NCBI RefSeq assembly: GCF_046119375.1
Contig: NW_027362761.1
Span: forward strand, 1,145,512,001-1,145,576,000
Reading direction: 5' to 3'
Length of the DNA: 64,000 nt
Source: Phyllobates terribilis
Lineage: Eukaryota
The position numbers were made by a program, and so were the translations under genes. Positions 59,589 through 64,000 of the stretch are shown piece by piece. Every line of letters starts with the position of its first letter. The stretch's first letter is position 1. The notes under the pieces are model-generated. The model was not told where the DNA came from. It searched no databases and was given only the letters and a program-made list of their open reading frames with translations.

Positions 59589-60090
59589 CTGAAAATACAC
59601 ATTCATGATCAAAATGCAGGATTTATGTATATAGCTGTGATGAGGGAAGCTTCTAAGCAGGAGGTAGAAAGCGGAAGATATTAAAACAGCTCGGATGAAA
59701 GGCCGCTCGCTGTGTGCTGTGGGGACTGGAGAATTCCCCCAGGAATTGCGCATTCGAGATGGGAAATCTGACAGGTTAAACAAATTTGGGCACATGTACA
59801 AAGCAGATAGAGACAGGCTGTCAAGTACATACACTAATGACTCAGCTGGCAAACGCGCGTTAGGGGTCTCAGAACTGGCTCTATCATCAGTACCATTCAT
59901 CCAACACTCACATCTGACCTACTGCAGGATTTCAGGGAAAGAATTCTACATGTAAGTGCAAAAACTCAGACATATTTCCAGTTAATTGGTAGAAATGCAT
60001 AGTTTCCAGGATCACTAGGGGTTACACAAATCAGATCTTCAGACTTTTAGCCAATATGCCATGATGGGGGAAAAAAAAAAAAACCCTTTA

Positions 60091-60468
60091 GGCTGTGTGC
60101 CCACGTAGCGTTTTTCAAGCGTTTTTGATGCGGATTTTCCGCAGCGGAAACGCTTGTAAAACGCTTGGTAACCCGCACCCCATGGTCCCCAATGGGATTC
60201 CGCAAGTTCTATGCACATGCTGCGGATTTTTCCGCAGCGTTTATGCTGCGTTCAAAAATCCACAGCATGTCAATTAATTTTGCTTTTCCGCAAGCAGAAT
60301 TGCCTTTGTCCAATGCATTAAAAAACGCAAGGCAATTCCACATGTGGAAAACGCGTGATAAACGCACGATAAACGCGTGCGGAATTCCGCATGCGTTTTT
60401 CCGGGAGAGGACTTGCAGAAATGAAGCAGAAATTTTCTGCTTCATTTATGCAACGTGGGCACATAGCC
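60091..60468. mobile_element. Short MITE family A relative
   Basis: GGCTGTGTGCCCACG ... CGTGGGCACATAGCC. Confidence 0.8.
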
Positions 60469-62016
60469 TTAGAGCTCCTCAGACCAGAATTGTAAATGAG
60501 AGGACAAATAGCATCCAGGTGGAAAGGACATGTCCTCCCTCAACCAATCAGTTCTCTCAGGCACTCTTATTGGCTGAACGCAGCTTACATGCTCTTCCCA
60601 GCATTCAGCTAAACAGGACCCCAAACTTTGGTTCTAGGAGCAGAACAACTTTATATCCATCTTTGTGTTCACGTTCTCACAATATAGGTGCTAAATACGT
60701 GTTAAGGCAATCTATAGATTAAGGAAACATTACAGTCCCTAAAAATACAAGGCCTATAGGTCCCCCACCGGTCAGATGATTAGGGCAAGGCTCGATGGGG
60801 TGAAGCATGACAAAGGTTCAAAGTGCATCAAGAAGAGAATCTTTATATGTTTTTCTGCCCCTTTAAAGAACATGAACCCAGATCATGAACACAAATATTA
60901 CATGGTCTTAAAGTTGAGATTATTTTGACAGTAATAGTTAAAAGATTATCAGATATTTTAAAAAGCCATTTCAATGGGGGAAATTGGGAGAAATAGATAA
61001 ACGTCTGAGGCCATGAAATAAGCCAGACATCTCTGGCATCGGCTCATCTTCCCAGGACACAAAGGACTGGGCATCTCAAAATCCAACATGCCTGCTCCAT
61101 GTCAGTTCTCCAATGTGGGTGAAGTCCATGCCATACACAATATAATATAATATAATATATTAGTCAGTTTAGATTAATTATAAACTTCCTATCAATTAAT
61201 TTTCAGGACAATCGAACTGTAGAGATTTTGGTTTAAATTTATTTAAAAAAAAAAAATTATATACTATAAAATTTTATTTATTTTTTTTAAATAAAATTTA
61301 AATTAAAATATCTACAGTTTGATTGTCCTGAAAATTAATAGCTAGGAAGTTTCTACTGTAATTAATACACAATAGGCAAAAGTCATCTAAACTACATTTA
61401 AAAAGTGATATATATGGTGTAGTTAGCGCCCAATTTTTAGAGGACTCCCTTCAGTTCAACCACTCCATATATAACTTCCACCGCTCCATCTTTTTAAAGC
61501 ATGTATACACTTCTCAATTTTTAGATCAGAGCAGGAAACCAATATGTTAAATGTCACATGAATGAAAAAAGTCAGCGTTTATTGCGAGTAAAACGTGTCT
61601 TAAGAGACTAATTTCAGTTCTATAAATGCTGCTTAACATTTAGTATTTTAATGATGTGTATACAGTTTGCTTTTAATCATCTGTTTTTCCTTTCTAGATC
61701 TCTTCTTGGTATTTTAACATGCAAGTTTCTTTAATATTTTATAAGAACAATCTGTACACTGTTTGAATTAACCCCCTGTCCTCGTTACTTCTGTGTTATG
61801 TTTAGTTTTGGAATCTAACGAACTATTTCTATAAACAAGTTGGTTTCTAGATGTTCTTACATCTCATTATATTCTAACCTTTTATCTAGATACTGAACTC
61901 TTCCAAAAAATGAATTATGCATGTATATAAAAAGTGAGCAGGCGCACCAGAGCAGAAGCAACAACGCACACGTGGCAGAATAAGATATGGAATCCTATAA
62001 AGATGTGATATTGAAA

Positions 62017-63049
62017 TATAGTCCGAAAAATACGGTATTTAAGACGCACTTTTTTCCTCCAAAATTTTGGAGGAAAGTGTGTAGGGGGGGGGGGGGTGTC
62101 TTATAGTCTAATATACATAAATACTGTGACTGTGGGTGGTGGGGGAAGAGACAGTGGCGGAGTAGCAGGGCACAGGAGGCAGCAGCCACCTTCTGCAGCC
62201 TACACTGTGCCCACTACTAAAGAAAATGAATATTCACTGCTCCCCACGCCCATGGTCGTGGGGAGCAGTGAATATTAACTTTCCTTAATAACCGGCACAC
62301 TGTGCCCGCAGCACGGCTCCTGTATGTATGGCACCCTTCATCCCGGTATGCATGGCACCCCTACATCCTGGTATGCTTGGCACCCTCTGATCCCCGTTAC
62401 TCTGCACAGAAAAACAAAAACAAACAATCATACTCACCTCCTCTCTCCTCCAGCGCTATGTCCAGCTCGGTGCCGGAATAGTCACTGCTCCCCACGCCGG
62501 AACTGCGTGCGGGGGGAGCAGTGACCATTCATTCTTCCTAATAGCGCGCACACTGTAGCCGCAGCGCGGCTCCTGCTGCGCTCGGCTGTCAGTGTGCCCG
62601 CTATTAAAGGCCATGAATATTCACCACTCCCATGGGCGTGGGGAGCAGTGACTATTCCGGTACAGAGCGGGACACAGTGCTAGAGGCAGCGAGTATGACT
62701 TATTTTTTTCTGTGCAGCGTGACGGGGATCATGGGGTGCCAAGCATACCAGCATGAAGGGGGCCATACATACCAGGAAGAGGGATGAAGGTGCCCTATAT
62801 ACCAGGATGGTGGATTGGGCTGCCATGCATATCAGGATGGGGATGGGGGCCACGTATAACAGGAATGAAGTGGCCATATATACCAGGATGGGGGATATTA
62901 CCCCTATAACTGTGTCAGGAGCAGACCCCCTCCCCCTTAACAGGGCATCATGACCACATTTTTTGCTTACATTTTTTTTTTCTATTTTCCTCCTCTAAAA
63001 CCTAGGTGCGTCTTATGCTCCGGTGCGTTTTACAGTCCGAAAAATACGG
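62017..63049. mobile_element. TA-type MITE (CCGTATTTTTCGGACT..AAGACGCAC ends) with internal ATACCAGGATG repeats
   Basis: Right end gtccgaaaaatacgg; subterminal AAGACGCAC / GTGCGTCTT; the left tip appears inverted. Confidence 0.7.
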
Positions 63050-64000
63050 TGCTTCCATGTTGCAATCATCCGTAACAGATGCAATTTGGGGAACATTCTA
63101 CATTAATGTGCGACATTTCACACATCAGCCTCCTGCACTTGTGTAACAATGGACAATGCAGAATGACATTTCTATTGTACCGCTGTGTACGTCAGGGACC
63201 TTTTCCCTTTCTACGTAAAGATAAGGTAAATGTCAGTAAGTATTGATGTGCTCTGGATTGCAGGGCAGTATGTGGAGTTGCCGGCAGTAGAGCGACATCA
63301 GTCCGTCATGTCCGTACACAGAGCAATGGATAAGGAGCTGAACAGTTGTGGACCAAAACTTAGCATGCAGGAAATGTACACGGATAACCTACTTCTCCGG
63401 CCATGAATAAAACATGCGAAGTGTCTACAGAGCCCTGTATTGATCGGGAGTCGGGATGAGTCTAACTGCTGGAACGTGATCCTCATTTATTGTCGGCTAC
63501 GTGTTTTCTGACGGGAAGTTAATAAATAATAGTCACTGGGGTCATTGATTAACTGGAGAAGCTCCAGATCCCTTCTCACATGACCCACTAACCTGATTTT
63601 CAGCAAAATATTTGCTGACATTAGTTTCTGGCCACTTTTAGGTTAATTGTATGAATTATAAACCTGATAATCTGCCATCACAATCTTTGAAAATATGGGC
63701 TGTCAGATTAGGGAAAATGTTAGACCTCACCCGGGGCGAGCTCTGATCGAAAGACATGGCCCGACTGGCCGGTCACCTCATCGGACGCACGTATGCATGT
63801 CCATGAGGCAGTATGCTCAGGGTAAGAGACCCAGCATTATTTCATGCTCTTGTTATCTGAGCACAGTCAGTGTGAATGAAGCTTAAAAGTGGTTTTCCCA
63901 CAAACAAAAGTTTGATTTTAATCAATAGATCTTGGAATAATAATAAGTTCCACGATTGGATGTGTTTAAATAAAATGTTCCTGTGCTGAGATAATCTTAT

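Noticed and set aside
59508-59955. 130-aa minus and 86-aa plus ORFs
   Set aside because: Chance frames; the real TBC1D14 exon (59471-59588) is in another frame.

Overview
Vertebrate genomic DNA, most likely an anuran (frog), inferred from the TTAA-flanked MITE landscape, L1/L2 and Tc1 families and the protein sequences. It has three N-gaps (32497-32805, 47835-48003, 53223-53543). The window holds the syntenic block known from human 4p16.1, in reverse orientation: GRPEL1 (+, 4 exons, complete, 218 aa), TADA2B (-, 2 exons, complete, 420 aa), CCDC96/CFAP184 (+, single exon, 629 aa, head-to-head with TADA2B) and the 3' part of TBC1D14 (-, 7 exons visible, two expected exons missing at a gap, three homopolymer indels). 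Introns and intergenic DNA are dense with nested transposons: a near-intact DD37E Tc1 element, two decayed DD34E Tc1 elements, L1, L2, and piggyBac-, Kolobok/T2- and hAT-type MITEs. The most notable finding is a non-coding, terminally redundant repeat with a ~300-325 bp monomer, present in two differently permuted copies (10080-10485 and 39431-39855). It carries a minimal type I hammerhead ribozyme on the minus strand and looks like a retrozyme or Penelope-associated element. All calls were made by eye and from remembered family knowledge; no searches were run.
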